Shown: positions 1 to 11,472 of the stretch, in pieces
Numbering within the stretch: the first letter of the stretch is position 1
Layout of the letters: each line of letters starts with the position of its first letter
Source: Nemertoderma westbladi
Taxonomy: Eukaryota; Animalia; Xenacoelomorpha
Assembly: GCA_032718475.1 (NCBI GenBank)
Contig: JAUCBJ010001415.1
Location: 1-34,772 of the forward strand
Length of the DNA: 34,772 nucleotides
Reading direction: 5' to 3'
Position numbers and translations under genes: made by a program
The notes under the pieces: model-generated
Seen by the model: the letters and a program-made list of their open reading frames with translations, nothing else
The model's database searches: none
Told to the model about the DNA's origin: nothing

Positions 1-137
1 CAGTAGGTTGGTATTTTTCGCTATGGGGAGGATTATCATATTGTTGTATTACATTATATTTTTAAAACTATTACATCCACTCTTCTTTTAATACTCAAAC
101 AATAAACAATGGGAATATACAGCTCCACCTAACGGCT

Positions 138-338
138 CTATACGGCACTGTTGGGCCTGGGGCGGTTTATGCTTGTGTGATGTTGTAGATGTAGTTCCTG
201 CGATAGCGGGTCCTTCGATGGATGTGTGTTTCTTTTGTATACCATCCAGGACAGTATGGATATTAGACTCATAGTCAACACACTGGACATTATCATATCC
301 TTGATTGGATCTAGAATAGCTTTATCCTTCACAAACAC
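138..338 (-). CDS. CATSPERB: CATSPERB-like gene, last coding exon (TM helix + short tail)
   Basis: Acceptor acccaacAG|GTG (phase 0). Encodes VFVKD..., hydrophobic MIMSSVLTMSLISILSWMVY, then KRNTHP and a stop at 138-140. Consistent with the CATSPERB FQIYVD...TM...HP C-terminus. Confidence 0.8.
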   Translation of the reverse strand: MFVKDKAILDPIKDMIMSSVLTMSLISILSWMVYKRNTHPSKDPLSQELHLQHHTSINRPRPNSAV

Positions 339-390
339 CTGTTGGGTGTAGAATAATAACTATTAGTCTACGGATATCTTATTCATCGTT

Positions 391-1757
391 CACATTACAA
401 TGAGGAATGAGCTCGTTGTAATGTGGGTGAATTCTCGTTGTAATGTGGGTGAATTCTCGCTGTAATGTGGGTGAATTCTCGTTGTAATGTGGGTGAATTC
501 TCGCTGTAATGTGGGTGAATTCTCGTTGTAATGTGGGTGAATTCTCGCTGTAATGTGGGTGAATTCTCGTTGTAATGTGGGTGAATTCTCGTTGTAATGT
601 GGGTGAATTCTCGCTGTAATGTGGGTGAATTCTCGTTGTAATGTAGGTGAATTCTCGTTGTAATGTGGGTGAATTCTCGTTGTAATGTGGGTGAATTCTC
701 GTTGTAATGTGGGTGAATTCTCGCTGTAATGTCAGCATTACAGCGAGAATTTACACATATTGCAACGATAATTACACACATTACAACGATAATTTACACA
801 CATTACAACGAGAATTTACACTTACACACAATGCAACGAAAATTTATACGCATTACAGCGAGAATTTACATATATTGCAACGATAATTTACACACATTAC
901 AACGAGAATTTACACACATTACAACGAGAATTTACACACAATGCAACGAGAATTTACACGCATAACAGCGCGAATTTACACATATTGCAACGATAATTTA
1001 CACACATTACAACGAGAATTTACACACAATGCAACGAGAATTTACATTTACACACAATTCAACGATAATTTACACGTATTACAGCGAGAATTTACACATA
1101 TTGCAACGATAATTTACACACATTACAACGAGAATTTACACACATTACAACGAGAATTTACCCACAATGCAACGAGAATTTACACGCATAACAGCGCGAA
1201 TTTACACATATTGCAACGATAATTACACACATTGCAACGAGAATTTACACACATTACAGCGAGAATTTACATTTACACACAATTCAACGATAATTTACAC
1301 GTATTACAGCGAGAATTTACACATATTGCAACGATAATTTACACACATTACAACGAGAATTTACACACATTACAACGAGAATTTACCCACAATGCAACGA
1401 AAATTTACACACATTGCAACGAGAATTTACACACATTACAGCGAGAATTTACACACAATGCAACGAGAATTTCACACATTACAGCGAGAATTTACACATA
1501 TTGCAACGATAATTTACACACATTACAACGATAATTTACACATATTATGATAATTAAATGTAACGACATACTTTGATCTAAAATGTACCGTACCTGTAAT
1601 TTTTCTTTAAGTTAATTTACACATATTATATATTGCAACGATAATTTCACACATTATACAACGAGAATTTACACACATTACAGCGAGAATTTACACACAT
1701 TACAACGAGAATTTACACACAATGCAACGAGAATTTACACACATTATACAACGAGAA
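391..1757. repeat. 22-bp minisatellite in two opposed blocks
   Basis: About 14 copies of tcgttgtaatgtgggtgaattc (411-731), then the reverse-oriented acattacaacgagaatttacac family (736-1540, 1620-1757). Confidence 0.95.
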
Positions 1758-2895
1758 TGCATTTACTTACTATAAATTGAGTAGTAATGTTTGTACACCC
1801 TGGTGCAAGATGGTCTAATATAGTCACCCGAAAATGAAATAAACCAGATTCCTTGAACTTAATTTTAACATCGGTTGAATTGTAGATTACATCAATTGTG
1901 TTCACGTCGTGTTGCTGAAATATTAAATAACATATGTCATAATTAAAAAAGTTTTGTATTTCCAGTTATTACTATGAGTTATTAGTTATTACTATTACTG
2001 CTATCATTTTACTATGAGTTATTACTATTAGTTACCGGTATTGCTATTATTATGCTTTATTATGCTATTAGTTATTAGTAGTATTCAAAAATGTTAATAC
2101 GATGAAGAGAAAATCAGCTGCCTAATAGACACAGTAGATTGCGGACAATGTCAGGGCCGATTAATTCTCGTATATTAAGTGATTCTTTTTGGGACGCTGG
2201 AGGCTGGATCCATTCAACTACGTCATGGAAACTGCTCTGACTGCTGTCACAGGATGTGATTGCAATCAATTTGATTTCCTCTTTGGCTAAATGTTCCAGT
2301 ATTATATTGTACCGGTCCCTGTAGGAGTGGAGTGCACTACTAGCTGTCAGTACCTGCTAGCAATGGTTGCAGCAATAGGAATACCTTTGTCGAAGGGCAT
2401 CAATCCAATATCGCGGATGATAATGTCTTAACGAAATATCTTAAATTAAATGAATCCCTTCGATACATTACAGTAAGTTAAATCATCAACACAATATTGT
2501 GGGCGTCTTTGTTGGCGCAACGCAATTTATCTTTCACTTCTCATTCTAGGATACCTATGTTTCATAAAATGTAAATATAAAACAATTCCTTGAAATATTT
2601 GGAAGTCCACTACAGTAAAATAAATCTTGCTTCTTGTTTTTAAATTTAAAATGTTTTTATTAAAGCCACAGTCCGTCCCGGTAAAATTACTTCGTTTAAA
2701 TCGTTTACCCATGGAGGTGGTAGTGGGTGTACCTTTTATATAAAAAAAACATGAATTTTATATATCTTTCAAACATAAATGTCCGAGATTTAAATCAAAC
2801 AACCGCTCTTTAAAACACATAGTATACCTCAGTTTAGCTCAACTGGTTGTCATCATCGCTAAATAAATGTTTCCAACCTCTGAGTTCATCCCTAC

Positions 2896-3193
2896 CTGGA
2901 TATCCTTGTTGAATGTCTCCAATTTAACCCAAGAAATACTTGATGGCTCAGAAGATGAGCCATCCTCAGAATTAGCTCCATTGGCGACGAAATAACTCCC
3001 ATTACTACTGCTATCGTCTTCTCCTTCTCCCTTACTTCTGTGTCTTCCATTTAATTCCTCTATTATTACGGCATATCTGTCGGCCTGGATCTGCGTTTTT
3101 TCCCAATGTTCTCTGGCCTTCCTTTTGTCTCTCTTATACAGTGTTAGACTGAATGATACATATGGTGTATTGGTTGTCTCATCGTAAAATAAC
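2896..3193 (-). CDS. CATSPERB: CATSPERB-like gene, coding exon 3 (298 nt)
   Basis: Acceptor cttgtttAG|G completes the phase-2 codon (AT+G); donor ATCCAG|GTAGGG is phase 0; 298 = 1 + 99 codons. YAVIIEELNGRH resembles the CATSPERB Y.V...EVN.RH motif. Confidence 0.8.
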
Positions 3194-3487
3194 CTAAACA
3201 AGATGTCGCATATTTGATGGATTGAGCACTGCGTAGGTGTTTGTTTAAAATAGTCTCGTATAAATGTGTCTGGAGTCGACCACTTTGGAATTTGCCAATT
3301 TTACCACCTTCCAATCATGGAGTAATTAATACAATATTTAATTTATTTGTTTAACAATTATTTAATTTATTTTTTTTGTTTAAATGGAATGTAGCATGAT
3401 GTGTGCGTGAGTGTGGGGGGGGGGGGGGGGGGGGGGGGTGGGTAGAAAACATGAACAATCAACGTTTTTACTACTACCGGTACTTAC

Positions 3488-4989
3488 ATGTATGACTTGT
3501 TGATACAATCTGAGAGTTCTTGCACCATAGATACAGACTCCATGGCCGTACACCCACAATCTTCTTTTCGGTTAGCGTTGTAGCATTGTTTCCAATTACC
3601 TGTCTCCTTGGACACGTTGTAGTAGCTGCGAAACATCTCCTTAGAGGGGTCCGCGTTGTACACATTGTCCGACATGGGAATTCCGCTCCCAAGCATCGAC
3701 GGGGGTCTATAGTTCGCGGATAAGTTGTGGATTAAGTTTATGTCTCGCGAACTCAACACCTCACCTTTCATGTAGGTTTGTAGAGTAATTTTTATCGGGT
3801 AGTTTATCCCTATAGAATACAAGCACTCTGAGGTTTCTAATTGAGGTCCGAATGTGTGTAGATCCCATTCCAATACGTCACGGTTGTAGTCCCCATTGTC
3901 TTTCTTCCTTGATATCTGATATTCTCCCGTGACTATCTTACCCTCAAACTCATTCCCCGTAAAACTTAGAGCTTTGTGTTGCTTTTGATTTACCTTTATT
4001 ATCACGTTCGAATACATATTCGTGATGATCTCAGTAAGATCTCTTTGGAAGCGCTCGTCTGTAACTTCGTATTTGTCCCCGCCGTCGTGTGACAATACGG
4101 CCGATCCATCTTCGAAATATATGTAGATGTCCCCAGTATGTGGATGCGTAAACATCCCAACAGGGTTCGCGGTCGGACTCACTTCACTTTCCGGGAACAC
4201 CAAATGATTACCGCCGCGAGATGTGATTACCTTTGTTTTCTTTCCCCTCACATTGATATAGGTCCCTTCAAATGGGTTATATATGTAATCTCCGTCTTCT
4301 TTAAAAGTTTCCCATTTCTTTTTACCCTGGTCGTTGTAGACCGCACTCTTACCTCCATTACCTTTGATAACAATTCTCTCGTAAATCGATTTCTCGAAAG
4401 AGAAGCATTCATGCACCCTATCGAATGAAGCTTTCTCGAAGTCAACGCCATCTATTGTTACTGCATGGAACTGTATTTTGTAATTCCTATTGTGGGAATA
4501 ATCCCGGCAGATGTCGCTGGATTCTATCACTCCTTTTCCTGATAAAATCATTATGTTACAATTTCCGATATGCATATCCTGCACTGTAAAATCTTTGTCA
4601 CAAGTTGTGCCGTTACATAACGCCTGCGTGATTTCCCGCCACCCGTCGCCATGCCTCTCTGTCACATCGTCTTTCACTATGTGTATGGCTATAAAATACC
4701 GCTGCTTCGCTGTAGATAACGTCACCAAAATATCGGGAATGCAGGGACATTGTCTCAACTTGAGGATTTCTAAGTCTTGTTCATTTTGGCCCGTAGATTC
4801 GCCTAAAGGCCACTCCAACAACGGTGACTGCGGTGTGTCTATCAGCGTACCGAAGGCTGTTTTTCCACCTACCGTAACTCGCACCCTGTATTGGCCACGA
4901 AATCCCCCCTTTAAAGGTTCTGGCCTCAGCGGTATTTGATCTTCAGTCTTGCAGTATGATTCCGCTTTTGTCAGTTCCAATTCATTTAT
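3488..4989 (-). CDS. CATSPERB: CATSPERB-like gene, large coding exon 2 (1502 nt)
   Basis: Acceptor gtttacAG|ATAAATGAA, donor TACAT|GTAAGT (phase 2), open frame of 500 codons. The segment NYRPPSMLGSGIPMSDNVYNADPSK...SKETGNWKQCYNANRKEDCGCT...SDCINK matches my recollection of the CATSPERB C-terminal ectodomain (NYRPPSxLG..IP.TDN.Y.ADPSK...SKKTG.FKQC.N...REEC.CT...SDC.EK). Confidence 0.88.
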
Positions 4990-5328
4990 CTGTAAACATC
5001 AATAATATTTTACTTTATGCTTGCAGTATGGGTGATGGGGGGGGGGGGGGGGGGGGGGGGGTACATACAAAAACCATGTAGCTGATAGTTAACTAAATTG
5101 CTGTTCTATTTATAAAATTTATGATGTAAACGTTAGTAGTTTTTAACAAACTGTTTGCAACAGTTTTTACAATAGTATGCCTAGTTAAATACTAATGTTC
5201 AATGTTACTACATCAATAACCATATGTGGGTTCAATCAGATTTCAGTATTTAAGATAATGTTTATATTATTAATTTTATTTTTTACTTTACATCATTGCT
5301 CAGTATGTCCCTAAGCACTAAATTTACT

Positions 5329-6731
5329 ATATAATATGTCCACATTGTCCAGTATAATACGTCCGTCCACATTGTCCAGTATAATATGTCCGTCCACATT
5401 GTCCAGTATAATATGTCCGTCCACATTGTCCAGTATAATATGTCCGTCCACATTGTCCAGTATAATATGTCCGTCCACATTGTCCAGTATAATATGTCCG
5501 TCCACATTGTCCAGTATAATATGTCCGTCCACATTGTCCAGTATAATATGTCCGTCCACATTGTCCAGTATAATATGTCCGTCCACATTGTCCAGTATAA
5601 TATGTCCGTCCACATTGTCCAGTATAATATGTCCGTCCACATTGTCCAGTATAATATGTCCGTCCACATTGTCCAGTATAATATGTCCGTCCACATTGTC
5701 CAGTATAATATGTCCGTCCACATTGTCCAGTATAATATGTCCGTCCACATTGTCCAGTATAATATGTCCGTCCACATTGTCCAGTATAATATGTCCGTCC
5801 ACATTGTCCAGTATAATATGTCCGTCCACATTGTCCAGTATAATATGTCCGTCCACATTGTCCAGTATAATATGTCCGTCCACATTGTCCAGTATAATAT
5901 GTCCGTCCACATTGTCCAGTATAATATGTCCGTCCACATTGTCCAGTATAATATGTCCGTCCACATTGTCCAGTATAATATGTCCGTCCACATTGTCCAG
6001 TATAATATGTCCGTCCACATTGTCCAGTATAATATGTCCGTCCACATTGTCCAGTATAATATGTCCGTCCACATTGTCCAGTATAATATGTCCGTCCACA
6101 TTGTCCAGTATAATATGTCCGTCCACATTGTCCAGTATAATATGTCCGTCCACATTGTCCAGTATAATATGTCCGTCCACATTGTCCAGTATAATATGTC
6201 CGTCCACATTGTCCAGTATAATATGTCCGTCCACATTGTCCAGTATAATATGTCCGTCCACATTGTCCAGTATAATATGTCCGTCCACATTGTCCAGTAT
6301 AATATGTCCGTCCACATTGTCCAGTATAATATGTCCGTCCACATTGTCCAGTATAATATGTCCGTCCACATTGTCCAGTATAATATGTCCGTCCACATTG
6401 TCCAGTATAATATGTCCGTCCACATTGTCCAGTATAATATGTCCGTCCACATTGTCCAGTATAATATGTCCGTCCACATTGTCCAGTATAATATGTCCGT
6501 CCACATTGTCCAGTATAATATGTCCGTCCACATTGTCCAGTATAATATGTCCGTCCACATTGTCCAGTATAATATGTCCGTCCACATTGTCCAGTATAAT
6601 ATGTCCGTCCACATTGTCCAGTATAATATGTCCGTCCACATTGTCCAGTATAATATGTCCGTCCACATTGTCCAGTATAATATGTCCGTCCACATTGTCC
6701 AGTATAATATGTCCGTCCACATTGTCCAGTA
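5329..6731. repeat. 27-bp near-perfect tandem array, about 52 copies
   Basis: Unit gtccacattgtccagtataatatgtcc. Confidence 0.98.
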
Positions 6732-6805
6732 TGTGCTCGCGTAAACATTATATTCACATGACGTCATTCGAATACACACTATGACTATTTCACTATTCTA
6801 AAAAA

Positions 6806-6878
6806 CTAAATTGGTAAGACTCGAACCAGCGGCCTTCACTTCATAATCCGACGCGTTTTCCACTACACTAATTTTGGC
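6806..6878 (-). pseudogene. tRNA-derived sequence (SINE head or tRNA pseudogene)
   Basis: Minus strand has A box TAGTGTAGTGG, a pairing D stem GTGT/ACGC, B box GGTTCGAGTC at tRNA spacing and a following T run; the acceptor, anticodon and T stems do not pair. Confidence 0.55.
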
Positions 6879-7074
6879 ACGAGATAAAAATGTTTATAAT
6901 TAACATTATGCATGCTTTACTCTTACAAGGTTGTTGTAGAAAGTTTAAATTAACTGCATAGTTACAAATAATTCCCCACAAATAATTGAAATTAGATTCA
7001 CCATATTGTTCAAAATTAGCACTCTAAAGCTATTACGGCCCTCGTTTTGTTTTTTCACCATCACTCGAGTACTA

Positions 7075-7084
7075 CTGTGTTTTA

Positions 7085-7116
<32 letters not shown>

Positions 7117-9171
7117 TAATTTTTTATACTAGCTAGTTTTTGTTACTTTTTTTTATCTTCTAGAACATATTATCTATTCATTCAATATAACAAATTTGTT
7201 CTGGAATAAAAAAACAAAAAATCTAGCTAATTTGTTAATTTTTTATTGTATGTTATCCTTATATCACATATTTAATAAAAATCACTAGCTACAATGCAAA
7301 TTTGTACAGTAGTTGTTAGTAATTGTTATTAACACTAATAAAAAAAAACACCACAAAAAAACAATTTTTTTTAAATGTTCTAGAACAAAAATTATTTGTT
7401 CTAGAACAATACTTTAACAAAAATGAACAGATGATATGTTCTAAAACATTTTTAAACATAAGTAACAAAAACTACTTTGATAACCGGAACATAAAAAAAA
7501 TCCTAATTAATTGATTTTGTTCTAGAAAAACAATTATTTGTTCTAGAACAAAATTAATAAAAAAAATGAATAGACAATATGTTGTAGAACATTTTTTTAA
7601 AAAAGCAACAAAAACTAGTTATTTGAAAAACTACTACTACTACTACTATGATCGGCATGCTGCATTGCAGCTGCATTATTAAGAATGCTGTGCCGGTTTG
7701 TCGACAAAATTGCGCCGCCACAACTCCCTATCACCCATGACATTTGCTAGATCATCCGCATCTTCAAGGCCAGTGTCCTTTAAGATGCGTCTCAAGAAAG
7801 TCATGGGCTGTCCACCTTGCTTATTCACTCCATGAGGCTGCCAAGTACAAGATTATGCACTGGCTGGTCCTCACGGCGAAAGCAATGTCCTGCAAAGCGG
7901 AGGCGATTTTGTTCTAGTGTCAAGCTTGGGGGAACCAATGAGACACCTCCAATGTTATATAGTGTCTGGTTGGAGATGTGTGCATTGTACTTGACACAAT
8001 GAACCCGGCGTAGCATTCTTGTGAATGTGCCATCCAGAGATTTGGTGTCCTCAGCAGTTAGAGCTCAGCATGGACTCCCATAGAGGAGGTCCTCACCTGA
8101 CTTCCGGATCCATGATCCCAGGTAACAGAAGTCATCCACATGCTCAAGCATACCATCTTTTGAGCTTAGGCTCATCCGGTCAGATATTTGGATCCGGGCT
8201 ACTAATGCCCAAATAATCTTGCTTTTTTATGAAATGTCTAGAACAGCGATTATTTGTTCTAGAACAAAATTTTTAAATTAAATTAATAGACAATGTGTTT
8301 GAACATTTTTAAAATAAAGGGTAACAAAAACTAGCTAGTTTAAAAAATTTGGTAGGGGTGTGCCAAAAACACAAGTACAAGAATAGACTATATTATGTTC
8401 TAGAACATTTTGCAACAAATAACAAAAACTAGCTAGGAAAACAAGAAAAAATAATTACAGTAATTTAAAATATCCTAGAACAACAATAATTTGTTCTAAA
8501 AAAATGTAAAAAAATGAATAGACAAAATGTTTTAGAACATTTAAAAAGTAACCAAAACTAGCTAATAATGTAATATCAAAAATTTGGAAGGGGGTGTGTC
8601 CAAAACACACAAGTACCAAATTGGTCAGGGGACATGACATGACATAGAGAAGTAGTCCCGAAATAATTATTGACAAAAAATTAGCTAGAATAAAAATTGG
8701 GGTGTGGGTTTTTTTATAAATTTTGTTCTAGAACAGATAATTGTTGTTCTGGAACAAAATTAATTAATTTGGTTTTTTGTTGTTATCAAAGCTAGTTTTA
8801 GTTTTCTTACTTTTTTAAAAATGTTCTAGAACATATCATCTATTCATTTTGTAAAAAGTAATGTTCTAGAACAATTATTTTTTGTTCTATAACATTAAAA
8901 AAATTGTTTTTTGTGGTGCTTTTTTTATTAGTGTTAATAACAATTACTAACAACTACTAATTTTCATTGTAGCTAGTGATTTTTATTAAATATGTGATAC
9001 AAATAATATAAAAAGTTAAAAAAATTAAAAAATTTTGCTAGTTTTTTTAGAACAAAATTTTTATATTAAATGAATAGATAATATGCTCTAGAACATTTTT
9101 GAAAAAAAGTAACAAAAACTAGCTAGTATAAAAAATTTGAGGGGGTGGGGTGGGGTGTGCCCAAAACACAG
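7075..9171. mobile_element. Foldback/MITE-like element with about 480-bp inverted arms, TA-flanked, hosting an RTE fragment
   Basis: About 7075-7565 is the imperfect reverse complement of about 8709-9171; ends TA|CTGTGTTTT...AAAACACAG|TA; internal modules built on the palindrome TGTTCTAGAACA. Confidence 0.8.
7631..8190 (-). mobile_element. RTE family A 3' fragment with a 120-bp internal deletion
   Basis: Near-identical reverse complement of about 30063-30736, with a (CTA)n tail at 7631-7648; the junction gaggacct|cctctatggg skips 120 bp of the long copy. Confidence 0.92.
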
Positions 9172-9273
9172 TAATAATAATAATAATAATATTTATAAAG
9201 CGCCTTTCTAAGCCCTATTTCAAGGCGCTGTAGTACCCTACGTGAGTTTATCGGATTGTATTTCTCATCTCAC

Positions 9274-9510
9274 CTGAACACTAATAGTGGTATCCCCACT
9301 TGTGCCACCGAAATGGCATTTTAGTTCCACTGAGATATTATCTCCACAATCCTTGAGATTTCCCACGAACACTCTCCAGCTCCCATTAGGGTCTGTTATA
9401 ATTGAGTTTTTCCCAACGTCTTCCAGTCTTCCTCCAAACACAATGTTCGCGGTTTCAGTACCATCGATCCTCACATACAACATAGTTGTAATCGCAACAA
9501 TTAATATCAT
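9274..9510 (-). CDS. CATSPERB: CATSPERB-like gene, coding exon 1 (signal peptide, 79 codons)
   Basis: ATG at 9510 opens hydrophobic MILIVAITTMLYVRIDG (signal-peptide-like). The exon ends GTTCAG|GTGAGA (phase 0), matching the phase-0 acceptor at 4989. An acceptor ttctgtaacAG|gaaga-ATG lies 5 nt upstream, implying an unseen 5' exon. Assignment to the gene is by phase and position, not homology. Confidence 0.7.
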
Positions 9511-9888
9511 TCTTCCTGTTACAGAACTATATGATGTTTTGAATACATACTATAATATACTCAGTCATATAAATATAGTATAGTAATTATTAGCTACTCT
9601 TAGTAACCGAAGTAACACATCATCTTCTAGAATATAATATTTCTTAACTCCTGTATATTTTATTACTTCTAGAATACTGATATATTTTGAATATATCAGA
9701 ATAGTAGGGGACCTGAGAAGTAAGTTAGTAGTGTCAAGTAAAAGGGGCTGAACTGCTGCTTAAAATGCTTTATTGGGGGTGGGCAGGATACAACTATACA
9801 TCATGAAATGGAATATAGTCGTAGAGATTGCATACAATTTGACAATTTGAGATAGTTTATGAGTTAATGTGGACCTGCAAGATCGTTT

Positions 9889-10409
9889 CTTACTGTGGGG
9901 TGAGCCACGAAGTGAGTGAAGCCTTAGCATATGGGTATAATTAACGAGTTGGCTGTCGTCTTCGTCGTAAATTTTTGATCGCTAATTAAACCAAACTTGG
10001 TACGTATTTAGTCCGCAAAAAGTTTAGAAAGAATTACCGGTAGTTTCAGACTTTTGATAAAATCCGAAATAAGTCGGTCAATCATTTATGAAATTAGACC
10101 AAACTTGGTAAACATGTGGTCTCTCATAGGTTTTGAAAGATGTTAATCGATGAAAGATGACACAGTCTGTCAGTCGATACCGGTAGTTTTAAGACTTTTA
10201 TTTTCATTTCCTTGGGAAAAATTGACTAAACACTAGGGAAGAGTGCCGTGCCGTAAATGCGCCTATATTTTTGAAATTGTTGAAATTTGAGAATGAGACC
10301 TGTAACCAAAACACTCCGTTTTCATGATTCAGATTGGTAGTAAACCATTCTAGGAGGAGACAGTTCATACGTTAGTAGACGCGGGCCTTTGCGCGATTTC
10401 GCGCTTGTT
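9889..10409 (+). mobile_element. Interspersed repeat, Helentron/HINE-like candidate (copy 1)
   Basis: Shares the head gtgggg.gagccacgaa...ttagcata.gggta and core ccaaacttggta with 31890-32060; the core module is duplicated; ends in a GCGCG-attt-CGCGC hairpin followed by TTGTT. The class is an inference. Confidence 0.5.
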
Positions 10410-11472
10410 AACCATATAAATAGCTAATAGCAGCAATAATTGTGAATAGCCGTTTACTTAAGAGAGGGTGGTGAAATAGTATATTACTGTATTATCTTAA
10501 GTTTCTGGCGGCGTATTTAATCCCCACAGGACTGGTTATATGATTAATGACGCAAATGGACTCAAGTACGGTTGCATCCCATGCAATCCAACTGTAACTT
10601 GAGCAATCAATACCCTTATATTTAGTGCCATCTATGCATCTCCTTGTCATCTTTAAACAGGGTTTCAAGCCCTTAAACCACTCTTTTATTATCTTTCTCA
10701 ATTTCTTCCATGGTAATGTCCGCACCACTACCCTTGCCTGGGGTGGCCAAATAACACCTGCCACCGATCCTATTCCCACATTGGCCGTGTGTTATTTGTT
10801 CGCTCTTGGCAACTAGCCAATCAACTCCCTTCTTGAGTTGCGGACGCACTGCATAACTTATTGATAATAATGCCAATACAGCTTCCAACTATAACGTTGT
10901 ATTGGTTTTGTATAAAAAGTTTAATTGTGCCCTTATAGTTGCTCTTTATTAATAATGCGCTTGAATTATTCTTATTATTAAGGTGATGAAAGAGTGCAAG
11001 TTACTGTGCTGCAATCTTTTTGGGCCTTTTATTTTTTATTTTATTGTTAACATCAGGCAATTCTTTGCAAAAAATAAACATCAACACAATTTTAACAATC
11101 ACGAACAACCAATCAATAGTCTTAAATAAATATTTCCCATTGTGGTGTACCAAACGGATTTATTATTTACACTTTAAGCCTTTAATACATTTATATACAA
11201 AGGCTTAAATTTATTTATATTATTTAAGTAAATAATAATGTGTTTCTAGTTAAATTCTTTAAAATCTGGTATTTATAAATGTTGTACATTATATAATTTG
11301 TAAAATGTTTATTTTTTATGTAGATAAAAAGGCAATATAACATAGTATAGAAATGTTTGTATCATACAAGTCTATTTGAGTGTGTACGTGTACGTATTTC
11401 CAGAAAATGCAAAGTATATCTACAACAAAATGAATCTATATAGAATTAGACCTCACATAGAAGCATAAAAAC

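Noticed and set aside
379-1534. LQREFTH-repeat ORFs on both strands
   Set aside because: Products of the 22-bp satellite.
1572-1593. 22-nt micro-exon candidate in the last CATSPERB intron
   Set aside because: Would shift the frame between two phase-0 junctions that already fit.
5283-6784. Five long ORFs (452-498 aa) with 9-aa periodicity
   Set aside because: Artefact of a 27-bp unit lacking stops in five frames; intronic in the CATSPERB-like gene.
6806-6878. Functional tRNA-His gene
   Set aside because: Acceptor, anticodon and T stems do not pair; kept only as a tRNA-derived remnant.
10492-10888. Coding-looking minus-strand ORFs (71 and 95 aa) upstream of CATSPERB
   Set aside because: Two overlapping frames with stops, no recognisable homology and no clear donor; could be UTR or decayed sequence. 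BLASTX would decide.
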